A DNA stretch of 64,000 bases from Bdellovibrionota bacterium (GCA_044356455.1 JBIKWF010000004.1:1-64000); one strand, 5' to 3'; shown: positions 49,593 to 59,355, counted from the stretch's first letter. The notes: a model not told the origin generated them from the letters alone. Numbers and translations: made by a program.

Positions 49593-50030
49593 TTACAGAG
49601 GCATCTTTGCCTTAACAGAGCAGTCGATGCCTTCGGGATCGATCCCAGGGCCGATGGCGGTGACTCCGACACCAAACTTTCTCTGCCATACTTGTCCCAC
49701 GCGAGCCCCAACTACATTTGCAGGGTCGGTAGGGATGAAGACGATCTCGAGTGGCTGAAATCGAACACTTCGTCCTTTCCCATATAACTCAGCGTTTAGT
49801 CGAACTTGAATTTCTCCATTCCGAAGATTTCCAATTACCAGATTACTTACAGAAGCCAGCGCATTCTGTGAGTCGTAAGTGAACGCACTTGGCGGAACGA
49901 CTGCCGTAAGTGAACCCTCATCTTCGCTTGCACACGTAATCTTTAGGGCTTGAGCCTGGGCGCTCGAGACTCCAAGAGTGGCGAGTACTGAAAGTGCGAA
50001 CGTGAGTGCTACTGTCTTTGCCTTTTTCAT
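49593..50030 (-). CDS. Secreted hypothetical protein
   Basis: MKKAK..AQA signal peptide; two Cys. Confidence 0.7.
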   Translation of the reverse strand: MKKAKTVALTFALSVLATLGVSSAQAQALKITCASEDEGSLTAVVPPSAFTYDSQNALASVSNLVIGNLRNGEIQVRLNAELYGKGRSVRFQPLEIVFIPTDPANVVGARVGQVWQRKFGVGVTAIGPGIDPEGIDCSVKAKMPL

Positions 50031-50051
50031 AGATATAACCATAAAAATTAC

Positions 50052-50068
50052 ATGTGATTTAATCACAT
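50052..50068. promoter_or_regulatory. Palindromic operator-like site
   Basis: ATGTGATT-T-AATCACAT in AT-rich DNA just upstream of ATG 50030. Confidence 0.5.
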
Positions 50069-50157
50069 TTTTAAATTGATATAGGTTCATTTGCAAGCGA
50101 TGTGACATAACACAGCTAACTACCTAACTATATGACAGAAAGTGATAATTTGAGGCC

Positions 50158-50580
50158 TTAAGATTCTAACCCTACCCGCCGAGAAGGCGTAAAGGGCTGA
50201 GCCTCGTGAAGAAGTTCGAGTGCGTAAGCTCGAATGTTTTCGTCGATGCCAATCGCTTGAAGCCAGGGTCCAACGGCAGCCTTATCCAAAACTGTGTAGC
50301 TCCGGACTTTGCCTGGTAGGTTCGGTCCTTCGTCTATTATCGAGCGAGATTGAATTGCTCGAACTGTCGCTGGAGCGGTAGACATGACCCGCAGGTCCTC
50401 ATTGTCGGCATGTATATGAATCCGAGCTTGCCCGAGATCGCAGACATCGCCCGTTTCTAATTTTTTTGCGGGACGAGGAAATCCCTCCGAGACGGTAATC
50501 CACACTCTACTAAATGTAGCGGATGCAGGTTGTGTGGGCTGGGAATAAGCTGGCCGAATTGCCCTTAAGAATGAAAACAT
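50158..50580 (-). CDS. Hypothetical protein
   Basis: Start placed at MFSFLR; the upstream extension in the ORF track runs through repeat copy 4. Confidence 0.5.
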   Translation of the reverse strand: MFSFLRAIRPAYSQPTQPASATFSRVWITVSEGFPRPAKKLETGDVCDLGQARIHIHADNEDLRVMSTAPATVRAIQSRSIIDEGPNLPGKVRSYTVLDKAAVGPWLQAIGIDENIRAYALELLHEAQPFTPSRRVGLES

Positions 50581-50643
50581 ATGAACATCAGAGTTGCTTG
50601 GGAACAGGCACCATGCCGTTCGTAAAATAAAACTTGTTACTTC

Positions 50644-50798
50644 GGGAATCTCTGAAAAACCTCCATTCTTAATACACCTCTGTGTACCTCTGTGTACCTC
50701 TGTGTACCTCCGTGTCCTCCGTGGTGAATTCCTTGATAAAAATTTCACCACAGAGGACGCAGAGGTACACAGAGGTGAGTTCTTCAGAGGTTCCTTAG
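50644..50798. repeat. Family A repeat, copy 4 (expanded CCTCTGTGTA units)
   Basis: GGGAATCTCTGAAAAA..(CCTCTGTGTA)x3 CCTCCGTGT CCTCCGTGGTG..CACCACAGAGG ACGCAGAGG TACACAGAGG..TCTTCAGAGGTTCCTTAG. Confidence 0.92.
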
Positions 50799-51025
50799 TA
50801 GCCCCGTGCGGGATCACTTAGGCAGAGCGCTGCCTCCTGGTAAAAATGCCGAATTGGCGCACTAATGGTAGTAGGAGCCTGCACGCTAAGCAATGTCAGG
50901 TAGAGTGTGTCCCGTTACCACTACTCCATGTTGTGGTGGTTGCGGGACGCGCTCCTCGTGTAGTTATTTCAGAGAGATACGTGCCTCGGGGACTGGGAAA
51001 AGCGAGAGAATTATAGGAGAGGCGA

Positions 51026-54000
51026 CTATATTACTTGGGTCGAGGGCCCGCGCTTTGCCGACCAGCGTGCAAGCACACTATAGACACAAGGCACGACAAA
51101 GAGTGTAAAGAACGTCGAAACGGCGACACCTCCCACAATCGTGATCGACATTGGAATGCGGCTTTCAGCTCCTGGCCCAAGTGCAAGGGCAGGGGGGATG
51201 GCTGCTGCGATAGTGGCAGCTGAAGTCATTAAGATGGGGCGCAGACGAATCGGAGAAGCGGTGACGATTGCCTCGCGAAGCGACATTCCTTCATCTCGGC
51301 AATGGTTGATGAACTCCACCAGCATAATCGAATTCTTTTTTACAATTCCCATCAGAAGCACAATTCCAATCACGCTGTAGAGGTTTATAGATTGGTTTGA
51401 AAGCCAAAGCGCCGCTAATGCGCCAGTGAGGCTAAAGGGAAGCGCGATGAGTACCGTGATCGGATCGAGATAGCTGTTAAATTGTGAGGCCAGCACCATA
51501 TAAGCGACCACCACACCAATCCAGAGCACGAAATATAAGCTTTCGAAGGATTCCTTAAAGGTTTGAGCTCCTCCTCCCAGAAAAACTCGGTAGCCAGCAG
51601 GGAGTATCTTTCGGGCTTCGCTTTCAACGAGCGCAAGTGCTGCTGCTTGAGACTTTCCAGGGGCGACGTTGCCAAAAATGGAAACGGACCGCTCGCGATT
51701 CCGACGCGTGATGCTCAGGAGCGTTGAGGTAGATTCGACTCGGACGACTTCTTTAAGCGGAATCAGCTCCCCGAAGGTGTTCCTCACCTGAAGATTAAGA
51801 ATGTCGTCTGGCGAGAGGCGCTCTTCGCCTCGAAGCCTGAGCCGAACATCATAACGCCTTCCATCCTGAGTGAACTTTCCTTGCCGTATGCCTCCCATCG
51901 CAGCATTTACGGCCTCGACAATCTCATCTACCGCGACGCCTCGAGCAGCCGCAGCGGCGCGATCCGGCCATACGCGCACTTCCGGCTGACCGAGGCGGTA
52001 GTCTGAATTCAGATCGACTACTAGTCCGCTCGCGGAAACTACCTTCATGAGTTCCGCGCTTTTTTCTGAGAGAACTCGCCAATCAGGGCCACGGAGATTT
52101 ACCTCCACAGGAAAACTGCGCTGAGCAGTAAAACCGCGGGTGGAGAGGTCTTGAATAAACACGCGCGCATTCGGAAGTTTCCCGAGCCCCGCGCGGACCT
52201 CATTCATAATTTGAGTTTGCCCTGCGCGCCCGGAACTTTTGTCCTTAAGCGTAACAAACGCAATCCCGGAATTCACCTCGCCCCCTCCAAATCCTCCCAC
52301 TGCGATGAAGCTGCGCGCCACGTCTGGGCGGGATCGTAAATACTCATCAGCTTTTTCGAGCACCTCAGAAGTGAAGGCGAGAGAAGATCCCACCGGAGTC
52401 TCGATTCGTACAATAAAGGTGCCTTGATCCTGCGGGGGAATAAATTCCTGCCGGAGAAGAGGCAGGAGCTTTAGGGAGCCAGCAAAGAGAAGCCCAGAAA
52501 ATAAAATTACAAGCCAGCGGGCGCGCAAAGCCCCAGAAAGTAAGGCTCCATAGGCCCTTCCGATAACTGCAAAAATTTTATCAAGGACGCGCTCCATACG
52601 GCCGCGGCTTTCCGAATCGCGCATTTGTGAGGCTCGCATCGGCATGAGAGTCACCGCCTCAAGAAGAGAGAGAAGGACGGCAACGGAGATGGTGATTCCA
52701 AATTGAAAGAAGAACTTGCCTATGACGCCTTCCATAAAGGCGACGGGAAGAAAAATGGCAACAACCGCTATCGATGCGGCAACTGCGGCAAAGGATATCT
52801 CTGTGGCGCCGTCGCGAGCGGCGGCGACCATTGACTTGCCCATGGCGCGGTGCCGATAGATATTTTCAAGAACCATGATGGCGTCATCGACTACAATTCC
52901 GATGGCGAGGGCTAGCCCTAGAATCGTGAAGAGATTGAGCGTGAAGCCCATGAAGTAAATGACCGTGAAGGTTCCAACTATCGAGGTGGGAATGGATAGT
53001 AAGATATTAAAGGTTGGGCGAAGTGATCCAAGAAAGAGCCAGCACACAAGTCCTGTGACCAAGGCTGAAAGCAGAAGCGTGAATTCCGTTTCTTCGACTG
53101 CTTCTCGGACAAAAATCGTGCTGTCAAAATTCACTCTTAGAAAAATATCTTGGGGAAGCTGGCCTTGTAGTTCTTTGATGCGCTGCTTCACAAGGTCGCC
53201 GACGGCGACCGCATTTGCTCCGCGCTGTTTTTTAATTCCTAGGGCAACTGCGGGTTTTCCCTCAATAAGAGAAACACGACGGATATCGGCCAGCCCGTCT
53301 TCAACCCTCGCGACGTCTTTCAGACGCAGCTGAGGGCCGAAAATTGGTTTCCCGCCTCGGGTAGTGATGAGAATCTCAGCGACTTCTTCGGGCGAGCTGC
53401 CTTCGCCCATCACTCGAAGGTTTATTTCTTGTTTATCATTCTCAATAATGCCGGCCGCCGCTTCAATGTGTCCCCGTGCGAGTGCATCTTTCACGTCTAA
53501 GATCGAAAGTTGGTTCTTGATGAGCCTCTTGTTTTCGACCCACACGCGAAGACTGCGGTCTGTGAAGCCACCTAGCTGCACTTCTCCAACCCCAGGGAGT
53601 ATCTGAAACTGGTCTCGCACCGAGAGGTCGACGAAGGTGATGAGCTCGTGTAAAGAGCGGGTGGTTGAACCTACCCCAACCCAGATAATAGGTTGGTCGT
53701 CGGGGTTTGATTTGCGAATGGTTGGCGGGTCGACGCCTGTCGGTAGCCGTACACGACTGATGGCGGACTGGGTTTCTTGAAGGGCAGCGTCGACATCACG
53801 GCTAAGGTTGAATTCGAGAGTGAGAGTTGCTTGTCCTTGGCGAATAGAAGAGGCTACCTCTCGGATTCCCTCAACCGTGGTTACGGCTTGTTCGAGCCTA
53901 TCGACAATCTCAGCTTCGAGAACCTCTGGCGCGGCTCCCTCCCATATCACCGAAACGTTGAGTACGGGGAAATCAACATCGGGCATTTGGCTAATGCCTA

Positions 54001-54094
54001 AACGCTGTAAGCTTATCCATCCAAAGAAGATAAGACCGAGCATGAGCATCCAGGAAAATACTGGCCTGCGAATTGCAATTTCTGGCAGGCTCAT
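51026..54094 (-). CDS. RND efflux permease (AcrB/AcrD/AcrF family)
   Basis: AIRRPV, GIVVDDAIMVLENI, GIVKKNSIMLVEF, RLRPILMT. Confidence 0.96.
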   Translation of the reverse strand: MSLPEIAIRRPVFSWMLMLGLIFFGWISLQRLGISQMPDVDFPVLNVSVIWEGAAPEVLEAEIVDRLEQAVTTVEGIREVASSIRQGQATLTLEFNLSRDVDAALQETQSAISRVRLPTGVDPPTIRKSNPDDQPIIWVGVGSTTRSLHELITFVDLSVRDQFQILPGVGEVQLGGFTDRSLRVWVENKRLIKNQLSILDVKDALARGHIEAAAGIIENDKQEINLRVMGEGSSPEEVAEILITTRGGKPIFGPQLRLKDVARVEDGLADIRRVSLIEGKPAVALGIKKQRGANAVAVGDLVKQRIKELQGQLPQDIFLRVNFDSTIFVREAVEETEFTLLLSALVTGLVCWLFLGSLRPTFNILLSIPTSIVGTFTVIYFMGFTLNLFTILGLALAIGIVVDDAIMVLENIYRHRAMGKSMVAAARDGATEISFAAVAASIAVVAIFLPVAFMEGVIGKFFFQFGITISVAVLLSLLEAVTLMPMRASQMRDSESRGRMERVLDKIFAVIGRAYGALLSGALRARWLVILFSGLLFAGSLKLLPLLRQEFIPPQDQGTFIVRIETPVGSSLAFTSEVLEKADEYLRSRPDVARSFIAVGGFGGGEVNSGIAFVTLKDKSSGRAGQTQIMNEVRAGLGKLPNARVFIQDLSTRGFTAQRSFPVEVNLRGPDWRVLSEKSAELMKVVSASGLVVDLNSDYRLGQPEVRVWPDRAAAAARGVAVDEIVEAVNAAMGGIRQGKFTQDGRRYDVRLRLRGEERLSPDDILNLQVRNTFGELIPLKEVVRVESTSTLLSITRRNRERSVSIFGNVAPGKSQAAALALVESEARKILPAGYRVFLGGGAQTFKESFESLYFVLWIGVVVAYMVLASQFNSYLDPITVLIALPFSLTGALAALWLSNQSINLYSVIGIVLLMGIVKKNSIMLVEFINHCRDEGMSLREAIVTASPIRLRPILMTSAATIAAAIPPALALGPGAESRIPMSITIVGGVAVSTFFTLFVVPCVYSVLARWSAKRGPSTQVI

Positions 54095-55443
54095 AGCGGG
54101 ATATCTCCTGCTGCCACCGCCAGATTCGCCTCTTCGATCGCGACGCGGGCTTTGGCTTCGCGCAGTTGACGCTCGCTCTCATAGAGGAGGCGGATGGCGT
54201 TCAGAACATCGAGGTTTGTCACTACGCCGAGGGCATAGTCTTCACGCTGAAGCGTATGATTCTTCTTGCGCGAGGCAACTAATGATTCGAGAGCCTTATA
54301 TTCGGCGATGGCACTGGCAAGCCTCGTCGAAGACTCCTTTACTTCAAAGCGAACTTGCCGGGCAATTCTCTGACGCGCGAGTGCTGCTCTGCGGGCCGCC
54401 AGGTCTGCTTCGGAGGCTTTGGCGTCAACCCTACCAAAATCAAAGAGAGGAACGTCGAGACGAAGCAGGATTTCCCAGTCGCGGCTTCTATCCGGATCGT
54501 CAAGAGCATAGGCGGTGCCGTCAAGATTGGCCTCTGGCCAAAGCTCACGCCGGATTGAGGTGGCGCGAAGGAGCGCCGCGCGGTGAGCCGCATCTGCTGA
54601 AAGACTATCGGAGCGTTTTTCGGCCCGGGCCAGAAGTCCTCCAAGAGGGGGGATGTTAAAGCTTGGGTTTTCTCCGTGTAGGGTGAACTCCTCCGCGGGG
54701 AGATTGACGAGAAACGCCAGGTACTCTTTCGTTGCGCGCTCTAGCCCTCCGACCGCTTCTTTGGTTACTGCAATCGCCGCCAGGTCTGATTCCGCCGCAA
54801 CTACTTCACTTTCCCGCGTTCTTCCGAGGGCTGCGAAGGAGCGCAGCTCCTTAATGCGATCAAGAAAAACTGATTTAGAGCGAGCGAGAATATCGAGATC
54901 GTCGTGGTACAAGAGCACTTGCTGGAATGTGGCGGCTACTTCTTGGTAGAGAAGTTCTTGGTTTCTCTTCTCCGTCGCACTCAGACTCTCACGCTCTTCT
55001 GTTGCCGCGTCTGCGAGAAGAAACTCCCTGAACCCCCGAAAGAGAGGTTGGTGAACGGTAAATGCGGCTTCAAACTGGGTGGCGCCAAGCCCTCGCGAGC
55101 GGCGGCCGGCAGGATCTGAACTTACGTCGCTCCCGGTTGAGGCAAGCACACCAAAATTCGAGGGACCGCGAATTCTTTGTTGAAGAGATAGTCCAAGCTC
55201 TGGATAAAGTTCGCTAAGCGCTTGGCGGTAGCGTTCGCGGGCTTGCTCAATTTCTATGCGTCTTTCGGAGAGAGATTCAGAAATAAGGAGTGCTCTTTGC
55301 GCGCATTCCTTAAGAGTGAGAGCAACTGAGGTGCGAGGAGTGGGAGTAGTAGGCGGCGCCGCAGAGATTGCGTCGGGAGTGCCGCAAAGGAGTGTCATGA
55401 GAATAACCTTCATGAGCAGGAAGGCGCAGTTTCTTAGGGGCAT
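54091..55443 (-). CDS. TolC-family outer membrane factor
   Basis: LTLKECAQRAL, QPLFRG, VPLFDFG, YALGVVTNLDVL; ATGA overlap with the RND gene; start uncertain. Confidence 0.88.
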   Translation of the reverse strand: MPLRNCAFLLMKVILMTLLCGTPDAISAAPPTTPTPRTSVALTLKECAQRALLISESLSERRIEIEQARERYRQALSELYPELGLSLQQRIRGPSNFGVLASTGSDVSSDPAGRRSRGLGATQFEAAFTVHQPLFRGFREFLLADAATEERESLSATEKRNQELLYQEVAATFQQVLLYHDDLDILARSKSVFLDRIKELRSFAALGRTRESEVVAAESDLAAIAVTKEAVGGLERATKEYLAFLVNLPAEEFTLHGENPSFNIPPLGGLLARAEKRSDSLSADAAHRAALLRATSIRRELWPEANLDGTAYALDDPDRSRDWEILLRLDVPLFDFGRVDAKASEADLAARRAALARQRIARQVRFEVKESSTRLASAIAEYKALESLVASRKKNHTLQREDYALGVVTNLDVLNAIRLLYESERQLREAKARVAIEEANLAVAAGDIPL

Positions 55444-55695
55444 GCCACGCAGCTTACGCCATGGCGCCCTCTCTGGGGGAGGCCATTGGAGTGGAGGCGA
55501 TTGAGGCATGGCTTGCCGCATGGCTGGATTGCTCAATGAGATTCGCATGTAAGGAAGATACCTTGTGGGGTCAAGGTTAGTAGATTTAGGCGGCGCGGAC
55601 AAATGCAGGCGTGCGCATATGGCAGCTGCTATGAGGTGCAGAGATCTAGACCTGATCTTCCAGTCAATGTAGGGGCGTTTCGAGAGGGAAGCTTA

Positions 55696-55759
55696 TAACG
55701 CGAAGGACGCGATGGGCACGAAGGTATTGAATTCTCTTCCCTTCGTATCCATCGCGTTA
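55696..55759. repeat. Gene-less miniature copy of the GxxExxY inverted-repeat element
   Basis: 29 bp identical to 23903-23931, a 15-bp spacer, then CCTTCGTATCCATCGCGTTA (right arm lacking one unit). Confidence 0.9.
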
Positions 55760-55828
55760 CAATCGGTAGCTCACAAAACCTCGGACACTGGAGGTAAGTT
55801 CAAGTCGCGCCTTTCGCATATGAGGGAG

Positions 55829-55952
55829 GGGGAGTTTTTCAAAACCTCGATATTCTATTTCATCGCTCTGTGATCTCTGTGTCCTCTGTGGTTTTTCAAC
55901 AATTTAAACTAACCACAGAGTTCACAGAGTGGACTTTTTCAGAGCTTCCTTA
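55829..55952. repeat. Family A repeat, copy 5
   Basis: (CTCTGTG)x3..(CACAGAG)x2..TTTTTCAGAGCTTCCTTA; ends on the stop codon of the adjacent gene. Confidence 0.9.
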
Positions 55953-56747
55953 AAGCGGCAGAAACCCATTCGCGAGGCTGCTGCGCGCCATGGCACTATA
56001 GCGATAATGCCTTGGGAGAAACCATGCCAACGACTGCATGACCCCTTGATAATGTTCCTCGCTTTGAAAACGCTCAAGTGTAGCGTCAAAAACGATAGAT
56101 TGATCTGGGCCGGAGGGGGTCATCCGCGACATGAGACATATCTGTATGTCAGGAACCCCATGCTGCGAAAAGTAGTTTCGGAGCACGTTCCTCGTGGCCA
56201 AGGGAAGCAAGCTTTCCGAAGGCTGGCCGACCAGGACCTGTTCTGCGGCGCTAAGCTGCTCACGGCCGCTACTTTGAACTGACGCTGTCTGCGGCTCTAG
56301 GGAGCCGAGAAGCGCGAGCTGCACGATGTCGCCATGACTCAGCACCCATTGCGGCTGACCACCTCCAGGCTCAATAACAACACCGAGGCCTTGGGCCAGC
56401 AAAAAATCCCTCGCCATATGAGTAAGCACATAACACTGGAAGCTTTTGCCTGGCTCAGGAAGGAGGAGAACAAAGTAGGGGAAACCGTCGGGGCCCACAT
56501 GAACCTGGGGGTCTCCCGCCCGAAAGCTTGCCATGGGAGCGGCCGCGTAAAAGGCAGCAAGCCAGCGCTCGTCTCGCTGCTCTCGCGGGATGGCGAAGAG
56601 CTGAAACAACACGCCAGTCTTTTCCAGGTCTCCTAAATAGGGCTCGTTTCCGCCTCCAGCGCTTTGAGGGGTGTCTGCAGGAGCCGCAGGCGAAATAGTG
56701 GGTGCTGATGCGGGGGGCTTCGAAAAGAGTTTTTTGAGCCAGCTCAT
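55950..56747 (-). CDS. Hypothetical protein (GPDGFPYF motif)
   Basis: 265-aa ORF exactly filling the space between two repeats. Confidence 0.75.
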   Translation of the reverse strand: MSWLKKLFSKPPASAPTISPAAPADTPQSAGGGNEPYLGDLEKTGVLFQLFAIPREQRDERWLAAFYAAAPMASFRAGDPQVHVGPDGFPYFVLLLPEPGKSFQCYVLTHMARDFLLAQGLGVVIEPGGGQPQWVLSHGDIVQLALLGSLEPQTASVQSSGREQLSAAEQVLVGQPSESLLPLATRNVLRNYFSQHGVPDIQICLMSRMTPSGPDQSIVFDATLERFQSEEHYQGVMQSLAWFLPRHYRYSAMARSSLANGFLPL

Positions 56748-56748
56748 C

Positions 56749-56885
56749 TTAGGGATTCTCTTAAAAAGTCCGCTCTGTGAGCTCTGTGCCCTCTGTGGTT
56801 GATTTAAATTGTTGAAAAACCACAGAGGACACAGAGCTCACAGAGGGAAAAAATAAAATAGCGATGTTTTTCAGAGGTTCCTTAG
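56749..56885. repeat. Family A repeat, copy 6 (TTAG at both ends)
   Basis: Near-identical to 10389-10525; ends on the stop codon of the GT2 gene. Confidence 0.95.
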
Positions 56886-57682
56886 CTCTCCTTGCCGCCA
56901 GTATTCTCAAAGGGGCTAAGGAAGACTTCATTAGTGGGAGGACCGCCCCATTTTCTAATATAGCGCTGCAGATTGTCTTCAATCATCTGGTCTAGTTTTC
57001 TTACTTCTTCCACGGGAGTGGAAAGTATGAGTCCTTTGATGGTGCCGCGCTCCAAATGAAAGAATAGGGCGCTCTCCGTGCGAAGCGCCGGTAGGCCCGC
57101 ACGTTTTATGCGGTACAGCATGTCGCTGTCTTCGTGATAGGCGGGCACAAACTTCTCATCGAACTCCCCAACCTGCTCAAAGAGCTTTCGATCAACGAGG
57201 AAACACGAGCAATGCGGATGTTCAGATACGGCGTTGCTTAAAGGAGCTTCCTCAAGGGTCTTCACATCGCCCCAAGGAGAGGCGGACCAAAGTACTGCCT
57301 CGGGATGAGACTCGGCGAATGCAACGAGTTCATCGATGCAGCGTGAATGCAGCACGAGATCGAGATTGGTAAGCAGCACGTAGCGTGCGCCGCGTGCGAG
57401 CGCGAGCCGAATTCCCTTGTTCCATGCCCGTGCCAGAATGTTGTGGTCGTTGTGCTCGACATGAGCCGCAACGCTTTTTAGCCAGGCTTCGTCATCGCTT
57501 TCGGGGCGTACGCGGTTAATAATTGCAATCTTATCGATCGGGTGGGAGCTTCGGACTGAGCGCAGGCTTACTTCAGAAAGTGAGCGGTGTAGATCGGATG
57601 TGATAAAGGGCACCACCACGAGGCCAATAGCAATTTCGGCGTGTGAGGGCGTGCGGTTACTTGGTGGCGGTGTCGTTGGCAC
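56882..57682 (-). CDS. GT2-family glycosyltransferase
   Basis: LARAWNKGI, VLLTNLDL, CFLV..FEQVGEFDEKFVPAYHEDSDM. Confidence 0.88.
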   Translation of the reverse strand: MPTTPPPSNRTPSHAEIAIGLVVVPFITSDLHRSLSEVSLRSVRSSHPIDKIAIINRVRPESDDEAWLKSVAAHVEHNDHNILARAWNKGIRLALARGARYVLLTNLDLVLHSRCIDELVAFAESHPEAVLWSASPWGDVKTLEEAPLSNAVSEHPHCSCFLVDRKLFEQVGEFDEKFVPAYHEDSDMLYRIKRAGLPALRTESALFFHLERGTIKGLILSTPVEEVRKLDQMIEDNLQRYIRKWGGPPTNEVFLSPFENTGGKES

Positions 57683-57700
57683 AGAAAATTACCGAGTATG

Positions 57701-57838
57701 TTAGGGAACCTCTGAAAAGCCACGATATTTTATTTTTCTCACTCTGTGATCTCTGTGTCCTCTGTGGTTTTTCAACAATTTAAATCAACCACAGAGGGCA
57801 CAGAGTTCACAGAGTGGACTTTTTCATAGGTTCCTAAG
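57701..57838. repeat. Family A repeat, copy 7 (opposite orientation to copy 6)
   Basis: TTAGGGAACCTCTGAAAA..(CTCTGTG)x3..(CACAGAG)x3..TTTTCATAGGTTCCTAAG. Confidence 0.95.
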
Positions 57839-57965
57839 CGTAGAGCTTAGCTGGGATGCCCCAGGGAAACCAGACCAAGGAGTGGCCCCTTCTCCACTAA
57901 AAAGAGGTGAGGATCTGCGATATTCTAACTCGGCGCTCCCCTAAACTTTCCTTACAATGACTTCC

Positions 57966-59303
57966 TTACAGCGCCTTTAGTAAGTTCCCACACGCGGTGG
58001 TGAAGAGCTCAGGCTGGAAGGCCGCAGGGGTAGCGAGCGCACTATAGATTTGGTCAACCTCGCGCTTGTGGAGGCTGCCGTCGGTGCTTAACGAGGCGGC
58101 GAGGCCAGAGATTCCCATCGCGAGCTGCTCGGCTACTTCAAAGGGCGGATGCTGAGCAGATGCTCCGTATTCCGTGAGCTTCTTGAGGAGCTTCTTTGAG
58201 GTGGCTTGATCATAGGAAGCGGAAGCATATTTCTTAGAAGCATCAGAAAGGAGAGTGCTTAAAGCCGCGGCTGCAGCCGCCGTTTCCTTGCCGTCATGCA
58301 GGCGTAGCACTTGTTCCCCAAAACGCTGACCAAAGGCGGAGTCAAGGGCGAGTAGCGCTTGCTCGGCAACAATGAGGGAGGAGATGTTGAGACGAAGTTC
58401 TCCTGGCTTTCCATCGTAGCTTCTTGTTTTCCATTGCTCCTCGGTGAGGCTGTGATGGCATGAGTAGCAATATAAGAGAGTGAGCTCAGGGCCAGCCATG
58501 AGTCCTTCGCCGGCTCGCGATCGTTTCTCGGATACCATCGCTGAAATAAGTTCTTGAGAGCGGCTTAGCTGACCGATGAGCCACGCTCTCGCCGGGACGT
58601 ACGCTTCTTTTCGACTGCGGTAATCATCATCAACATCCCAGTGAGCGGGCTGGATGGCTGAGAAGGTATCTAATTCAAAGGTAAGGCGGGGATGTCCGGC
58701 GCCAATGAGGCGATGGTCAACAGTTTTGTCGTCGGATCCTAAATGGCAAGAGAGGCAGAAGGATGCGCGAGTTGAAGGAGAAACGAGATCCGCCATGCCA
58801 TTTTTAAGGTTAGCTTCGTGGGTTGCTCCCTGTTCTGTGTGTGTAGAGATGTAGTGCTCCGCTGCTCCATGGCAAGACTCGCAGCCCACTCCGTCTTCAA
58901 TTCGGAACTTATCGTCCTGTAAAGCTTGGTCTTTGACATAGGTTGCGTGGCATTTCAGACACAGAGGCTCTTGCTCGGGGTTCTCGATGCCTAAATGTTC
59001 ACCTATTTTCTTTGAGTCAGCACTCGTTAGCGAGAGCCAGGACTTGGCGTGGGCGTCATGTTTCGTCCATGTGCTGTATTCATTTTGAAGGACGTTCGAA
59101 GCGTTTCGAGGAGCGACGCTGCCGTGGCAGTTTGAGGAAGAGCATGAGGCAACGCCGAGGTACTTCGCATGGGCGGTTCCGCTGCGCCCCGGGCTCCCCT
59201 CGGCGTGAGCAGCTACGGGCGAAAAAAAGGAGAGAAGGGCGCTCAGCGCGAGAGATAGCGAGACTGCCGAAATACTTCGGAGCGAACGTGAATGCAGCGT
59301 CAT
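57966..59303 (-). CDS. Multiheme c-type cytochrome (c554/c552-like)
   Basis: Signal peptide; CSSSNCH (CX4CH), CLKCH, CESCH, CLSCH, CYSCH. Confidence 0.92.
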   Translation of the reverse strand: MTLHSRSLRSISAVSLSLALSALLSFFSPVAAHAEGSPGRSGTAHAKYLGVASCSSSNCHGSVAPRNASNVLQNEYSTWTKHDAHAKSWLSLTSADSKKIGEHLGIENPEQEPLCLKCHATYVKDQALQDDKFRIEDGVGCESCHGAAEHYISTHTEQGATHEANLKNGMADLVSPSTRASFCLSCHLGSDDKTVDHRLIGAGHPRLTFELDTFSAIQPAHWDVDDDYRSRKEAYVPARAWLIGQLSRSQELISAMVSEKRSRAGEGLMAGPELTLLYCYSCHHSLTEEQWKTRSYDGKPGELRLNISSLIVAEQALLALDSAFGQRFGEQVLRLHDGKETAAAAAALSTLLSDASKKYASASYDQATSKKLLKKLTEYGASAQHPPFEVAEQLAMGISGLAASLSTDGSLHKREVDQIYSALATPAAFQPELFTTACGNLLKAL

Positions 59304-59355
59304 GATAATCAGTCGTCCTTACAGTCAAGAGTTAAGACAGTCTTCGGCAAAAAAA

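Noticed and set aside
56761..56982. Short ORFs over repeats (also 12105..12317, 15747..16013, 41333..41581, 49395..49580, 59292..59547 and the 5' part of 50158..50817)
   Set aside because: Their TTEGTELTE / TTKTTE / KAQKPKG-type peptides are simply translations of the repeats.
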